DNA from: Eledone cirrhosa
Taxonomy: Eukaryota
Direction: 5' to 3'
Length of the DNA stretch: 64,000 nucleotides
Assembly (NCBI GenBank): GCA_964016885.1
Contig: OZ024742.1
Coordinates: forward strand, 211,668,001-211,732,000
Position numbers and translations under genes: made by a program. Numbering within the stretch: position 1 is the first letter of the stretch; each line of letters begins with the position of its first letter. Positions 39,148 through 51,600 of the stretch are shown here, piece by piece. Below the pieces are notes generated by a model that saw nothing but the letters and a program-made list of their open reading frames with translations, was not told the origin of the DNA and did not search any database.

Positions 39148-39884
39148 CTCTGCCAAACAACAATATCCATGTTTCACACTTCTCTGTCCAACATTACCAT
39201 CTGAAGTTCCTGGATAGATTCCAGGTCAGCATCCTGCTTCAGGTTGTCAATATATATGACATGACATCCACCATACTTTCCTAGCAAGGAATTATAATGT
39301 AGAGACACACAAGGGTTCCCCTGTGAGATGGTCTAGCGCAGCCAACTGGCCTGTCCCTCCTCATAACAGAACCATTCAGTTCCACACTGTAAATGTGGTT
39401 GGTGTTAGGAAGGGCATCCAGCTGTAAAATACCTGGCCAAATTTACAGTCCTCATCAGAACAAAGTACGGTGTGACCAACTCTTGCTACACTTGCTTCCT
39501 GGCATGGACAACCCATCTAAACAGTAATTATGATGATGATGATGATGATGACACAAGAACACATTTTGGCTGTAGGTAGGGGTATAAACAATTAAAGCAC
39601 TGCCAGAATTTGACAGTCTTTTTTATTTTAAGACCCTTGAAGGATGAAAAGTAAAGTTAATTTTTGTAGCATTTCAACTCAGAACATGAAATGAGTGACA
39701 CAACTAAGTCTCACAAAGCCTTTTCTGATGTACTACAAGATACTACAAGAGTCTCCTATGTATCTGCTCTCTGTCTGTCTAACTATCATATTCAAGTGAA
39801 ATAAATGTAACAGTTTTTTGTTGTAATTTCATAATGATCCTCTAGATTAATTTGGCTTCACAGTATTGCTGTTTCTGTCTTACA

Positions 39885-40103
39885 TTAACCCTTTAGAATT
39901 TAAACCGGCTGTATCCGGTCAGAATTCTCTCACCTCTTTCTGTTCAAACCGGCTGCTCATACTGATGTTAAGGTATTGTACTCAAAATAAATGATATCAA
40001 AATCTTGTAGATTCAATATTATGTAAAATAATTATGTGAGATAAAACCTTTACCGTGAAAATATAATAGTATGTATAGAGTAATGTAAATGCTAAAGTCT
40101 TAA
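39885..40103. mobile_element. piggyBac-type MITE, same family, opposite orientation to 34081
   Basis: TTAACCCTTTAGAATTTAAACCGGC ... GCTAAAGTCTTAA. Confidence 0.82.
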
Positions 40104-40453
40104 GACTATTATGGACACTAAGCACTATGGGTATTTGTTTTTTGTTATGGCTTAATGGAAGGAAGAAAGTCACCACCCATGACCTTTGTAGGATTTCTTA
40201 GACGATTGAAAGGGTAATGTTTGCAAAACATTGTTATTTAAAGAAAATTAAACATAATAGAAAATATAGTAAAAAGTAATGTAAAGTAGCATAACATATA
40301 GAGTAAAATGTTAATACTGTTAAAAAATATGACAAGAATTTATGTATTTATTTCATAATTAACTTTACTATAACTGTTTCTGAATTAGATAAAAGAATAA
40401 ATACTAACAAAAGTAGATTTAGCAACCTCCTCTAATACCCTTTATATTACATA

Positions 40454-41440
40454 CTAGCAGTGGTACCTGGCATTGCACGGGATAAGGTATTGTGAAATAT
40501 ATAACCACCTTAGCTAAGCTTAGTATTGCCACAACCAGGGCTGGCAAAGAAGTAAGAGTCTGGTGGTACGTAAGTAAGCAGCACTGGCTTAAAACGCGAG
40601 GAAGAAGTTGTGTGCACTTACCAACTGTTTAGGGAATGAGTGTGAGATTTGTCTTGAGCAAGGGTGGCAGAATAACCGGAGGCAGCAGACAGCCAGACAT
40701 ACAGACAGATATCATAAGGGCGCGTTCTGGACGCAGAGTGAATTGTAGGAAGTGACATAATGCAGACAGCCAGACATACAGACAGGTATTATAAGGGCGC
40801 GACGTTATATGTATGTATCTATCTAAAAAGAGAAAGACTAAGAATTATAGAGAGAGATCGCTAAATCGCCTAATGTGGTCCCTAGGGCATTGAAAATTTG
40901 AAATTGTTTTTGCTCAGAACACTCCCTGAAACATAAGTATTAGATGTGTAAAGTTTGAAAACAGTCGGTTGGGTGCTTCTCTAGTTTTAGGGATTCAAAC
41001 TCACACACAGACAGACATCCTCAGTTTTATATATATAGACTAGCAGAAAACCGCCGACCGGGTGGTTTTCTGCTAGTATATATATATATATTTCTGTGTG
41101 TATATATATATATATTACACACGCAGAAATGTATATATATTTCTGTGTGTATATATATATTACACACACAGAAATGTATATATATTTCTGTGTGTATATA
41201 TATATATTTCTGTGTGTGTATATATATATACATTACACACACGCAGAAATGTATATATGTTTCTGTAGCACTCCTCAATTCCCCCCTCTCTCCCTTCCGC
41301 TATCCCCCTCTCGTAGTCTGTCTCTTTCTTTCACTCTCACTCTCTCTCTACGCGTGCGCAAAAAACATTCGCACGCGCGCACGTGTTTCCACTGTCGGAC
41401 AGACAGACAGAGAAATTGCTGGTTATATATTATAAGGAGA
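40454..41440 (-). mobile_element. Two head-to-tail non-autonomous Helitron-like elements (41440-41040 and 41039-40454)
   Basis: Minus strand reads A|TCTCCTTATAATATA...TTTTCTGCTAG|TCTATATATATAAAAC...CCCGTGCAATGCCAGG-TACCACTGCTAG|T, i.e. TC starts, CTAG ends, AT target and no TSD. Confidence 0.72.
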
Positions 41441-41626
41441 TAAAACTTAAAAAACAATTAAAACAATTAAAAAGTATTATTATTAAAAGCAAAAGAGGAA
41501 ATGAAATTGTTTCGGTAATTTCTCCAGTGCACTCAGTAGAATGTGGGACCGTATATAAGAGAGATGCAGATCCCTGGCCTGTGTTATGTAGACCCATCTA
41601 ACCCTTGCTACCAGGGAAAGTGAACG

Positions 41627-41842
41627 TTAACCCTTTAGCATTTAAACCGGCTGTATCCGGCCAGAATTCTCTCACCTCTTTTTGTTCAAACTGGCTGTAA
41701 CTGACTGCTCATACTGATGTTAAGGTATTGTTCTCAAAATAAATAATATCAAAATCTCATAGATTCAAAATTATGTGAGGTAAAGCCTTTACCATGAAAA
41801 TACAATAGTATATATACAGTAATGTAGATGCTAAAGGGTTAA
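41627..41842. mobile_element. piggyBac-type MITE inserted in an RTE-type tail
   Basis: gaacg-TTAA-CCCTTTAGC ... GCTAAAGGG-TTAA-aacgatgatgat. Confidence 0.88.
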
Positions 41843-42324
41843 AACGATGATGATGATAATGATGATGGTGATGTTATCCAACTTCTACCTATGATTTGGT
41901 CTTATCTGTTTAGATGTAATTATAGATATTGGAACCAAGCCTCATTGAATAAGAATTTTGGACCAACTAACAAAATGCTATGTAGACATATGAAACAGAA
42001 AATGTAGAATAGATAAATACACTGTAGAATGTATCAGCAGTGTATTTTGGGTATGTTCTTCTAATAGGAAGCAAGTATAATTAAAACATAAGATATATGG
42101 TTTAAACACAGCTTAATTGATTATATTTGGACAAGGGCTATTAATAGCTATTAATGGCTCAATTATAATTAGTAGATTCTTTTGTTTAAGTAATTTTTGT
42201 TAAAGCTGTAATAACAGAAATGTTTTAAAAATTTCTTAGAAATATAAAGATATATTTTAAAATGTCATGAAAATTTTGTAAAAACACACACACACATTTA
42301 AAAAAACGATTATAAATTACTTAC

Positions 42325-42448
42325 AACTCCAACTGCATTTGAAGAAAGCATTTCAAAAGGTGACACAACAGTGAAGTAAGCAGTATTAACCAACACAAAA
42401 AGACCAGTTACCAGTGGAAGTGAGATATAAATGGCCCGTGGTAAATTC
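42325..42448 (-). CDS. SLC7 LAT-type transporter exon (TM7)
   Basis: ttaaag / gtaagt; [41 protein letters not shown]; 124 bp. Confidence 0.94.
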
Positions 42449-42722
42449 CTTTAACAAGAAAGATTTATTAGACATTTCGCAACAATGATATATTAAGAAA
42501 GTAATAAAAAGTACTTAATGTATATTTCAAGGAAAATAAATTTTTATGAAAGGATTTTATCCCCAAATATTAAAGACTAATTAAACACCTCCAAGGTAAC
42601 ATTCCAACCGTTTTGTTAACATTATTTTTAACATTTAATTTACTATTTACATTGCTGCAGTCCGATTTTCTACACTTTTCACAATGCTTCCAGAAATTTA
42701 CAACACCCTCTTATTTATTCAT

Positions 42723-43010
42723 GGAGGCACGTGGCCAAGTGGTAAGGATGTTGGATGCATGATCATAATGTTATGGGTTCTATTCCTGGGGTGGCTTGTG
42801 TGTTGTGTTCTTGAGAAAAACACTTTATTTCATGTTCTAGTATACTCAGCTGAGAATGATTACCAGCAATAGCTGGGGGTTTAACCTTGCGATGGACTGG
42901 CGTCCTGTCCCGGGGGGGTCTTGTACTCTCAGTTGCTTCACGGCACAAAACGGAGATAAGCACTGGCCTAACAAGCCTTCTGGCTTGAGACAGACTTTTA
43001 GACATAGACT
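42723..43010 (+). mobile_element. tRNA-derived SINE (head + CORE-like + V-like central domain); second copy on - at ~370-645
   Basis: GTGGCCAAGTGGTAAGG A-box and GGTTCTATTCC B-box; GTGTTCTTGAG...CACTTTATTTC; TGCGATGGACTGGCGTCCTGTCC. Confidence 0.75.
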
Positions 43011-43831
43011 CTTATTTATTCAATATTTCTCTCTTTTCTATATGAATGAAAATTAGTAAAATATACTATAATAACTAACAATAGATTAGGCAATTTTTGT
43101 ATGAGCTATTTAATTGAGCTCTCATATATATTTTGGTTCTTTTCATGTGTTTTTGATTCCATTGCCTAGCACCTTGGACAAGTGTCTTCCAGCATAACCT
43201 CAATTTGCTCCAAACATTCAGAGGGAATTTGGGTCAATAGAAATAGTGCAGATATGTGTTGGATGGTCTATTTCTTTTCTTTGGAGACTTAATCTGTTTA
43301 CTTGTTTTAACACCTCCATTTTGAAGCCTGGCTGCCTTCAAAAGAGTTTCCTCTGTTTCAAGTATTCAGACCAAGTCTCTGGTTTGAGGACTCAATATCT
43401 TGTGCTGCTTTCTACTTCAGCAACCCATGGATTGTGATTTCTTCCACCAGTCTTGGAAGCCTTGCAAAAGAACCTCAATAAACTTCCAATCTAGTATAAA
43501 TTATTGTTGTTGTTGTGGTAATACCTTTTTTAACAATCTAGCAATGGATTGAAGGTGAGTACTCATGTCACTTTATGTTTTCAAGGCTATTGAGACTGAT
43601 AGGGGAAGGATGGGGGATATCGTTCAACTGGAGATCTGGCTTTAATGCTTGCAACAGAGTAAATGCCAGAAGATGATGTTAAATTGGACAACAGATAAAA
43701 TTTACAACTGAGTGTTGAGATGTTGTTGGTAATGTACATATGATGCATTTCTACAGTTTCAATAAATGGAATCTAGAATTTTTCCTTGCTGTACTGGTAC
43801 TACATTGGGTATAATATAATGATTTCTCACA

Positions 43832-44316
43832 TCTTAACTATAATAAAGGAAGGTCTGCGGGATTGCGTCCAGAATATATTTTTTTACCCCGTTTGTAAAA
43901 TAAGTTGGATTACTTTGAATAAATAATGAATGAATATTACATAATTTATGTGCTAAATTTCGTGGCTGTTGATTAAATATATTTTATAGCTTAATCTTTA
44001 AAATTCACTTCTTTAAAATTATCAAATGTCAACACTTCCAGTTAGCGGCCGTTATATTATAACACTTATAATCGCATATATTTCCGTCGCTAATTTTCTC
44101 CTAATGTTTATATATTATGTCATCTTTTTTTTAATATATCATGGATTACTGATTACAGAAGACAGTGTAACATAGACTTTGTTCAATTTCTGTGTATATT
44201 GTCAATTACAATTTTATTTGATGTATCATATTTATATGCATATATATTTGTGTATAATATCAATATACACACTACACATGCTAGCAGAAAACCACCCAGG
44301 GTGGTTTTTCTGCTAG
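43832..44316 (+). mobile_element. Non-autonomous Helitron-like element
   Basis: A|TCTTAACTATAATAAAGG ... CTAGCAGAAAACCACCCAGGGTGGTTTTTCTGCTAG|T. Confidence 0.7.
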
Positions 44317-44511
44317 TTGGAATAATGCCACAAATGTGTAGGGTAAGGGTTGGGCAGGCAGCTGAAGGATTTTTTTCGAGGTTTTTGTTCATTGAAACAA
44401 TGCATGAATTTCCAGAATCTTCCACTCATTATGGGGGGACAAATAAATGTCCCATAATTAATGAAACAAAAATATTTTTCCTGTATTTTGTTTTAGAAGT
44501 TATAATATTAC

Positions 44512-44556
44512 CTGTATGGGTCTTCAAGTTCTTCAGTTACAAAATTCAAAAAATTC
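44512..44556 (-). CDS. SLC7 LAT-type transporter 45-bp exon (TM6b)
   Basis: tttttcag / gtaata; (W)[14 protein letters not shown](R), the conserved LNFVTEE motif. Confidence 0.93.
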
Positions 44557-44699
44557 CTGAAAAATTCAATTAAAGAATTTAAAATTCATCTATTTCAGGT
44601 ATATGAGCATGATATAAGAATTTTGTTAGGACAAACATTATAAAAAAAAATATCAGTTCCCTGAAAAGGTTGTGCATGGGCACTTGAGATAAAATGACT

Positions 44700-44900
44700 A
44701 AGAAATTCCAGTGGAAGGAACCTGTAGTAGAGGAAGACCAAAGAAGATATGAACAAAAGCTGTGAGAGCTGATCTCAAATTATTGAAGCTTAGAGAGGAG
44801 GTGGCAAATGACTGTGATGATTGGAGGAATGTTGTATTGGAAAGGACCTGTCCAACACATGCAAGCATAGAAGAATAGACATAAAACGGTGATGATGATA
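44700..44900 (+). mobile_element. RTE 3' terminal fragment
   Basis: EIPVEGTCSRGRPKKI...WRNVVLERTCPTHASIEE followed by a gatgat tail. Confidence 0.72.
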
Positions 44901-45101
44901 TATATATAGTGAATTGAGAAGTGTCATATGAATAGGCCGATATTTTGTTCCGGGGCCCCAAGAGCTAAGAAGGCCCCACAGCAACCATGCAACATCAATT
45001 CTGAGAAAAATCTTTGCCTGCTTTGGGCCCCAAAGGGGTCTTGTAGCACCTTGCAAAATTTCTCTTGGAGGCCCTGTATATGAAGCACTTGTTTGTCAAT
45101 T

Positions 45102-45138
<37 letters not shown>

Positions 45139-46014
45139 CATTAAATGCAACACATTTAATTGATCTAATGTGAGTTCTAATGCCACAAAATGTTCAATAA
45201 ATAGTTAACAAGTTAGAATATTTACAGTTGCAACATGAGTTTACAAGTCAAATGTGAAATAGAATAAATATAAAACAGAAAAACATACAAAATTGCTTGT
45301 TTTTTGTTCTAACCTCCAGACTACAGTTGACAAACGGAATTCACATATTTCTGTTTATTCTATTTCATTCAATTGACCTCTGTGCTTATTTGTCTTAATT
45401 TCTTGTGCAATTTTTTCATACACACACACACATACATACACACATGCACACACACACATGTACAGACAACACATGCATGCACAAACACACACACACACAT
45501 TTATCTGGGTTTTGATTTAGAGTTAATGACACAGATATAATTCTACAAAATGTCCTTTAAAAGTTATATACGTTTTGTCCAATTTGTGTGTTTTATTATA
45601 TATTTCTAGCAATATCATAACAACATGACCCTCCTAAAATATAACAATATTTTATTTGTTTCAACACACGATTTCATGTCCAAAAGCCTTGCAAAACAAA
45701 TTCAATAGTTTTAGGTGAAGAATAATGAACATTGTAAAGCAAGGGGTAAGCTCTCAGCAACCCCAGAATGCAAAAGGGTTTCATTTTGTGATTTAAACAA
45801 TTTCATTTCATTTACATCAATAATATCCTTTGGAAAGGCATTAACAACCCAAAGTCACATTACTTCTTATCTAAAATATGGAGCTTGTGTTCTAGAATTT
45901 CTTCAGAATTTACTTTAGAAATTGAGAATGCTGAACTAGAAAAATAGCTTAATAGCATAATTTACTTAAAAGGATAACTTTTTGAACTTATTATTTATAT
46001 AAGTTGTAAGGCAA

Positions 46015-46218
46015 TGGATTGGCAGTGTCGGTAGAGCATCAGACAACATGCTTTGCAGTTATGGCCTTTTATTTTCTGAGTTCAAATCCTGCTAAAGTAA
46101 GCTTTGCCTTTCATCCTTACGGGGTCGATAACATAAAGTACCAGTAATGTACTGGGGTCGATTTAATCAACTTAACCTTCCCCGAAATTTGTTGGCCTTT
46201 TGCCTAAATCAGAAATCA
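46015..46218 (+). mobile_element. Abundant SINE family (other copies ~2210, 2790, 4725, 8590, 10915, 11885, 24460, 31465, 31685, 58795, 60835; both strands)
   Basis: TGGCAGTGTCGGTAGAGC A-box-like, CTGAGTTCAAATCC B-box, TTTGCCTTTCATCCTTACGGGGTCGATAA...AAGTACCAGT...GGCCTTGTGCC. Confidence 0.85.
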
Positions 46219-46884
46219 TTATTTATGTAAGTTGTGGCTGTATTTGTATGCTTTTGTCTACCACTCCTGGTTGAATTGGTAGCTCATAGTTGCCAGTCTT
46301 GTTTCTTGCTCATAGTGTATTTTTTTTTTTGAGCTAGAGATCAATTTTATTGAACTAAAATTCAATTGTTTTTTTTTATCTTTGGAACTGAACCTAATAA
46401 TGTTATAGTTTTTGAGATAACTAATATGCCATACTGTAAAGAAACATCAGAGAAAATACTGCTGATAAAGTTTCATCTGAAAACTGTATTTGATTCTAGA
46501 TTCCAGTTGGTTTTAACCTTTATGCATTTTTCTTTTGATATATGTTACTGAATAGAATTGAAATGCCAGAAAGTTTAAAATACTGGGCTAACAACTTATG
46601 ACCTGCCAGTTAACAGTTCTCAATCTCTTAGTATAAAGCTTTTATGATTATAGAAGGATGACTTTCATGGTTTAAACCCTATAGAAATATTCAAAGCCAG
46701 CTTGTTACTGTCATAATGTCAACATGTGGCATTTTACTTGATGTTAACAGACTTATGTTTTGAAATTTTAAAATACCCATTTAGATGATTAATGATAATA
46801 ACCATTGTTATTGTTTAAAAATGATAAGAATAGTTTTTAAAACAATAGAAAATATGAAATTATATAATTGACAAAAGTACATAC

Positions 46885-46984
46885 CATCCAAAATAGGAGT
46901 AGAGTCCAGAATAAAATGCCAGAGATATTTTTGTTGCACTCGTACTTGTGCCCTCAAATGGCTCATTAAAAAACTGCACTTCAC
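46885..46984 (-). CDS. SLC7 LAT-type transporter exon (TM6a)
   Basis: ttctaag / gtatgt; [34 protein letters not shown]; 100 bp. Confidence 0.93.
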
Positions 46985-47311
46985 CTTAGAAAGAAAGAAA
47001 AGTGACGATTCTTTGTGAAGAGAATATATCAAATAATATTATATTAAAAATTTATTAGCTTTTTACATATTTTTAATATGCATAAATGAATATGAAACAA
47101 AGTACCAAACTGCTTAAAGTAAGAAATGATAGGCTAGAGTTTAATTTATATTTAAGACTGATATGAAAAAAACTATTGAAGTAAAAGAACATGAGTCCCA
47201 GAATATGTACTTGCTGCAATTTATACATATATATCGAAGTCCACCTGACTGTGGTGGGGCTGAAAATGTTGTTAGAACTCATTGTGTCCTTGGAAGGGTG
47301 GTTGCAGTGAG

Positions 47312-47366
<55 letters not shown>

Positions 47367-47834
47367 CTATATCCATATATCGATAGGGTTAGACAGTAGC
47401 ACCTTGACAGGCAGAACACTTCAATACCCGAGAACCTAAAATTAAAAATGTCAAGTGTAAACACTAATAAATGTAAAAACCTAGATGTCTCTTTAGTTCA
47501 GAGCAGGTGTTGAGAGACAATGTTTAGTGTCTTCTGGTGATAAACACAGTCTTCTTTTTCTTCTTCTTCCCCCACTTATTCCTGGAAGTATTATGGGGAA
47601 AGAGTCCCCAAACAGGTCCTGTCAGAAGTAACCATCAGCAATTGATCCAGTTGGATCCCCAAGTGAAACCAGCTGAACTCATGGATGTTATCTTAATATT
47701 CCAGTTGCCACTTGTTAAGATAAAAAGGATAAATACATTAACATTTATAAATGTATGTAGCACAATGTAGTGACCAATGATGCTATTGGCCACCAATAGT
47801 GATATAAAATATAAAAATAATAAAATAGCCTTAC

Positions 47835-47960
47835 CTCTAAAAAGCTGGACTACACCAGCCAATATGATTATGACAAGAGCCAACAGTTTTGCTGTAGTAA
47901 ACAAATCTTGAATCCTCATAGCTGCTCGGACACTCAGGACATTGATAATTGTTAAAATAC
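47835..47960 (-). CDS. SLC7 LAT-type transporter exon (TM4-TM5)
   Basis: tttcag / gtaagg; ILTIINVLSVRAAMRIQDLFTTAKLLALVIIILAGVVQLFRG; 126 bp, phases match neighbours. Confidence 0.94.
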
Positions 47961-48611
47961 CTGAAATTTGAAGAAAATAATATCTTCACTGAAATATGAT
48001 AAACACCTGTAAGGTGGTTGTGCTGGTGACATGACAAAACGCACCCAGTCCATCATGTTAGATGGTTGTTTCAGTGCCATGATAAAAATCACCCAGTTCA
48101 CACTGGGTCAAAATACAGATCTGTATGAGCATGTTGTTCTTCGGATCTGATTTGTCTCATAATGTGACAACCTGTCTAACCCATGCAAGCGTGAAAAAAT
48201 GGATGTTAAATGATGATGATGATGATAATGATGTTGGCATATATGTGCAGAAACATTATAATAATTAACCAAAGCTGTGTAATATGAAAAAGAATTGACA
48301 AATGTGGTTATTTGACTTTTTTTCATTTTCTCTAAGGTCAGACATAATTACATCTTAAAGAAGATACTTCACCTTCAGTGATCATAGCCTTGATCAAGAG
48401 ACATTCATCAGTCCAAGATTCACTGGGTATTTGGATTCTTAACGGTAAAACCCTCACATTGGTGTGTCAGCAATGGAGTCCAAATTACATCATGAGTGAA
48501 TGACGTGACTCAAGTTTTGACCCTTATGTGGGTTTTCATCAGTGATCATGTATACATTATTCTTCCCATCGAGAAGCATGCAATTATGGCTTTATAAGTT
48601 ATCAAACATGG

Positions 48612-51600
48612 TATAATCCACCACATCCAACTACAATACACTCCACTATGCTACAGCACAATTCCACACTACCACTGAACTATAATCCACCACATCCAAC
48701 TACAATACACTCCACTATACTACAGCACAATTCCACACTACCACTGAACTATAATCCACCACATCCAACTACAATACACTCCACTATACTATAGCACAAT
48801 TCCACACTACCACTGAACTATAATCCACCACATCCAACTACAATACACTCCACTATACTACAGCACAATTCCACACTACCACTGAACTATAATCCACCAC
48901 ATCCAACTACAATACACTCCACTATACTACAGCACAATTCCACACTACCACTGAACTATAATCCACCACATCCAACTACAATACACTCCACTATACTACA
49001 GCACAATTCCACACTACCACTAAACTATAATCCACCACATCCAACTACAATACACTCCACTATAATATAGCACAATTCCACACTACCACTGAACTATAAT
49101 CCACCACATCCAACTGCAATACACTCCACTATACTACAGCACAATTCCACACTACCACTAAACTATAATCCACCACATCCAACTACAATACACTCCACTA
49201 TACTACAGCACAATTCCACACTACCACTGAACTATAATCCACCACATCCAACTACAATACACTCCACTATACTACAGCACAATTCCACACTACCACTAAA
49301 CTATAATCCACCACATCCAACTACAATACACTCCACTATACTACAGCACAATTCCACACTACCACTGAACTATAATCCACCACATCCAACTACAATACAC
49401 TCCACTATACTACAGCACAATTCCACACTACCACTAAACTATAATCCACCACATCCAACTACAATACACTCCACTATACTACAGCACAATTCCACACTAC
49501 CACTGAACTATAATCCACCACATCCAACTACAATACACTCCACTATACTACAGCACAATTCCACACTACCACTGAACTATAATCCACCACATCCAACTAC
49601 AATACACTCCACTATACTATAGCACAATTCCACACTACCACTGAACTATAATCCACCACATCCAACTGCAATACACTCCACTATACTACAGCACAATTCC
49701 ACACTACCACTAAACTATAATCCACCACATCCAACTACAATACACTCCACTATACTACAGCACAATTCCACACTACCATTGAACTATAATCCACCACATC
49801 CAAATGCAATACACTCCACTATACTACAGCACAATTCCACACTACCACTGAACTATAATCCACCACATCCAACTACAATACACTCCACTATACTACAGCA
49901 CAATTCCACACTACCACTGAACTATAATCCACCACATCCAACTACAATACACTCCACTATACTACAGCACAATTCCACACTACCACTGAACTATAATCCA
50001 CCACATCCAACTACAATACACTCCACTATACTACAGCACAATTCCACACTACCACTGAACTATAATCCACCACATCCAACTACAATACACTCCACTATAC
50101 TACAGCACAATTCCACACTACCACTGAACTATAATCCACCACATCCAACTACAATACACTCCACTATACTACAGCACAATTCCACACTACCACTGAACTA
50201 TAATCCACCACATCCAACTACAATACACTCCACTATACTACAGCACAATTCCACACTACCACTGAACTATAATCCACCACATCCAACTACAATACACTCC
50301 ACTATACTACAGCACAATTACACACTACCACTGAACTATAATCCACCACATCCAACTACAATACACTCCACTATACTACAGCACAATTCCACACTACCAC
50401 TGAACTATAATCCACCACATCCAACTACAATACACTCCACTATACTACAGCACAATTCCACACTACCACTGAACTATAATCCACCACATCCAAATGCAAT
50501 ACACTCCACTATACTACAGCACAATTCCACACTACCACTGAACTATAATCCACCACATCCAAATGCAATACACTCCACTATACTACAGCACAATTCCACA
50601 CTACCACTGAACTATAATCCACCACATCCAACTACAATACACTCCACTATACTACAGCACAATTCCACACTACCACTGAACTATAATCCACCACATCCAA
50701 ATGCAATACACTCCACTATACTACAGCACAATTCCACACTACCACTGAACTATAATCCACCACATCCAAATGCAATACACTCCACTATACTACAGCACAA
50801 TTCCACACTACCACTGAACTATAATCCACCACATCCAACTACAATACACTCCACTATACTACAGCACAATTCCACACTACCACTGAACTATAATCCACCA
50901 CATCCAACTACAATACACTCCACTATACTACAGCACAATTCCACACTACCACTGAACTATAATCCACCACATCCAACTACAATACACTCCACTATACTAC
51001 AGCACAATTCCACACTACCACTGAACTATAATCCACCACATCCAACTACAATACACTCCACTATACTACAGCACAATTCCACACTACCACTGAACTATAA
51101 TCCACCACATCCAACTACAATACACTCCACTATACTACAGCACAATTCCACACTACCACTGAACTATAATCCACCACATCCAACTACAATACACTCCACT
51201 ATACTACAGCACAATTCCACACTACCACTGAACTATAATCCACCACATCCAACTACAATACACTCCACTATACTACAGCACAATTCCACACTACCACTGA
51301 ACTATAATCCACCACATCCAACTACAATACACTCCACTATACTACAGCACAATTCCACACTACCACTGAACTATAATCCACCACATCCAACTACAATACA
51401 CTCCACTATACTACAGCACAATTCCACACTACCACTGAACTATAATCCACCACATCCAACTACAATACACTCCACTATACTACAGCACAATTCCACACTA
51501 CCACTGAACTATAATCCACCACATCCAACTACAATACACTCCACTATACTACAGCACAATTCCACACTACCACTGAACTATAATCCACCACATCCAACTA

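Noticed and set aside
37304-39284. DYHLGFPHGLPPG repeat ORFs
   Set aside because: Translation of a minisatellite whose 25-bp unit shifts frame.
42723-42790. tRNA-like sequence
   Set aside because: It is a SINE head with degenerate stems, not a foldable tRNA gene.
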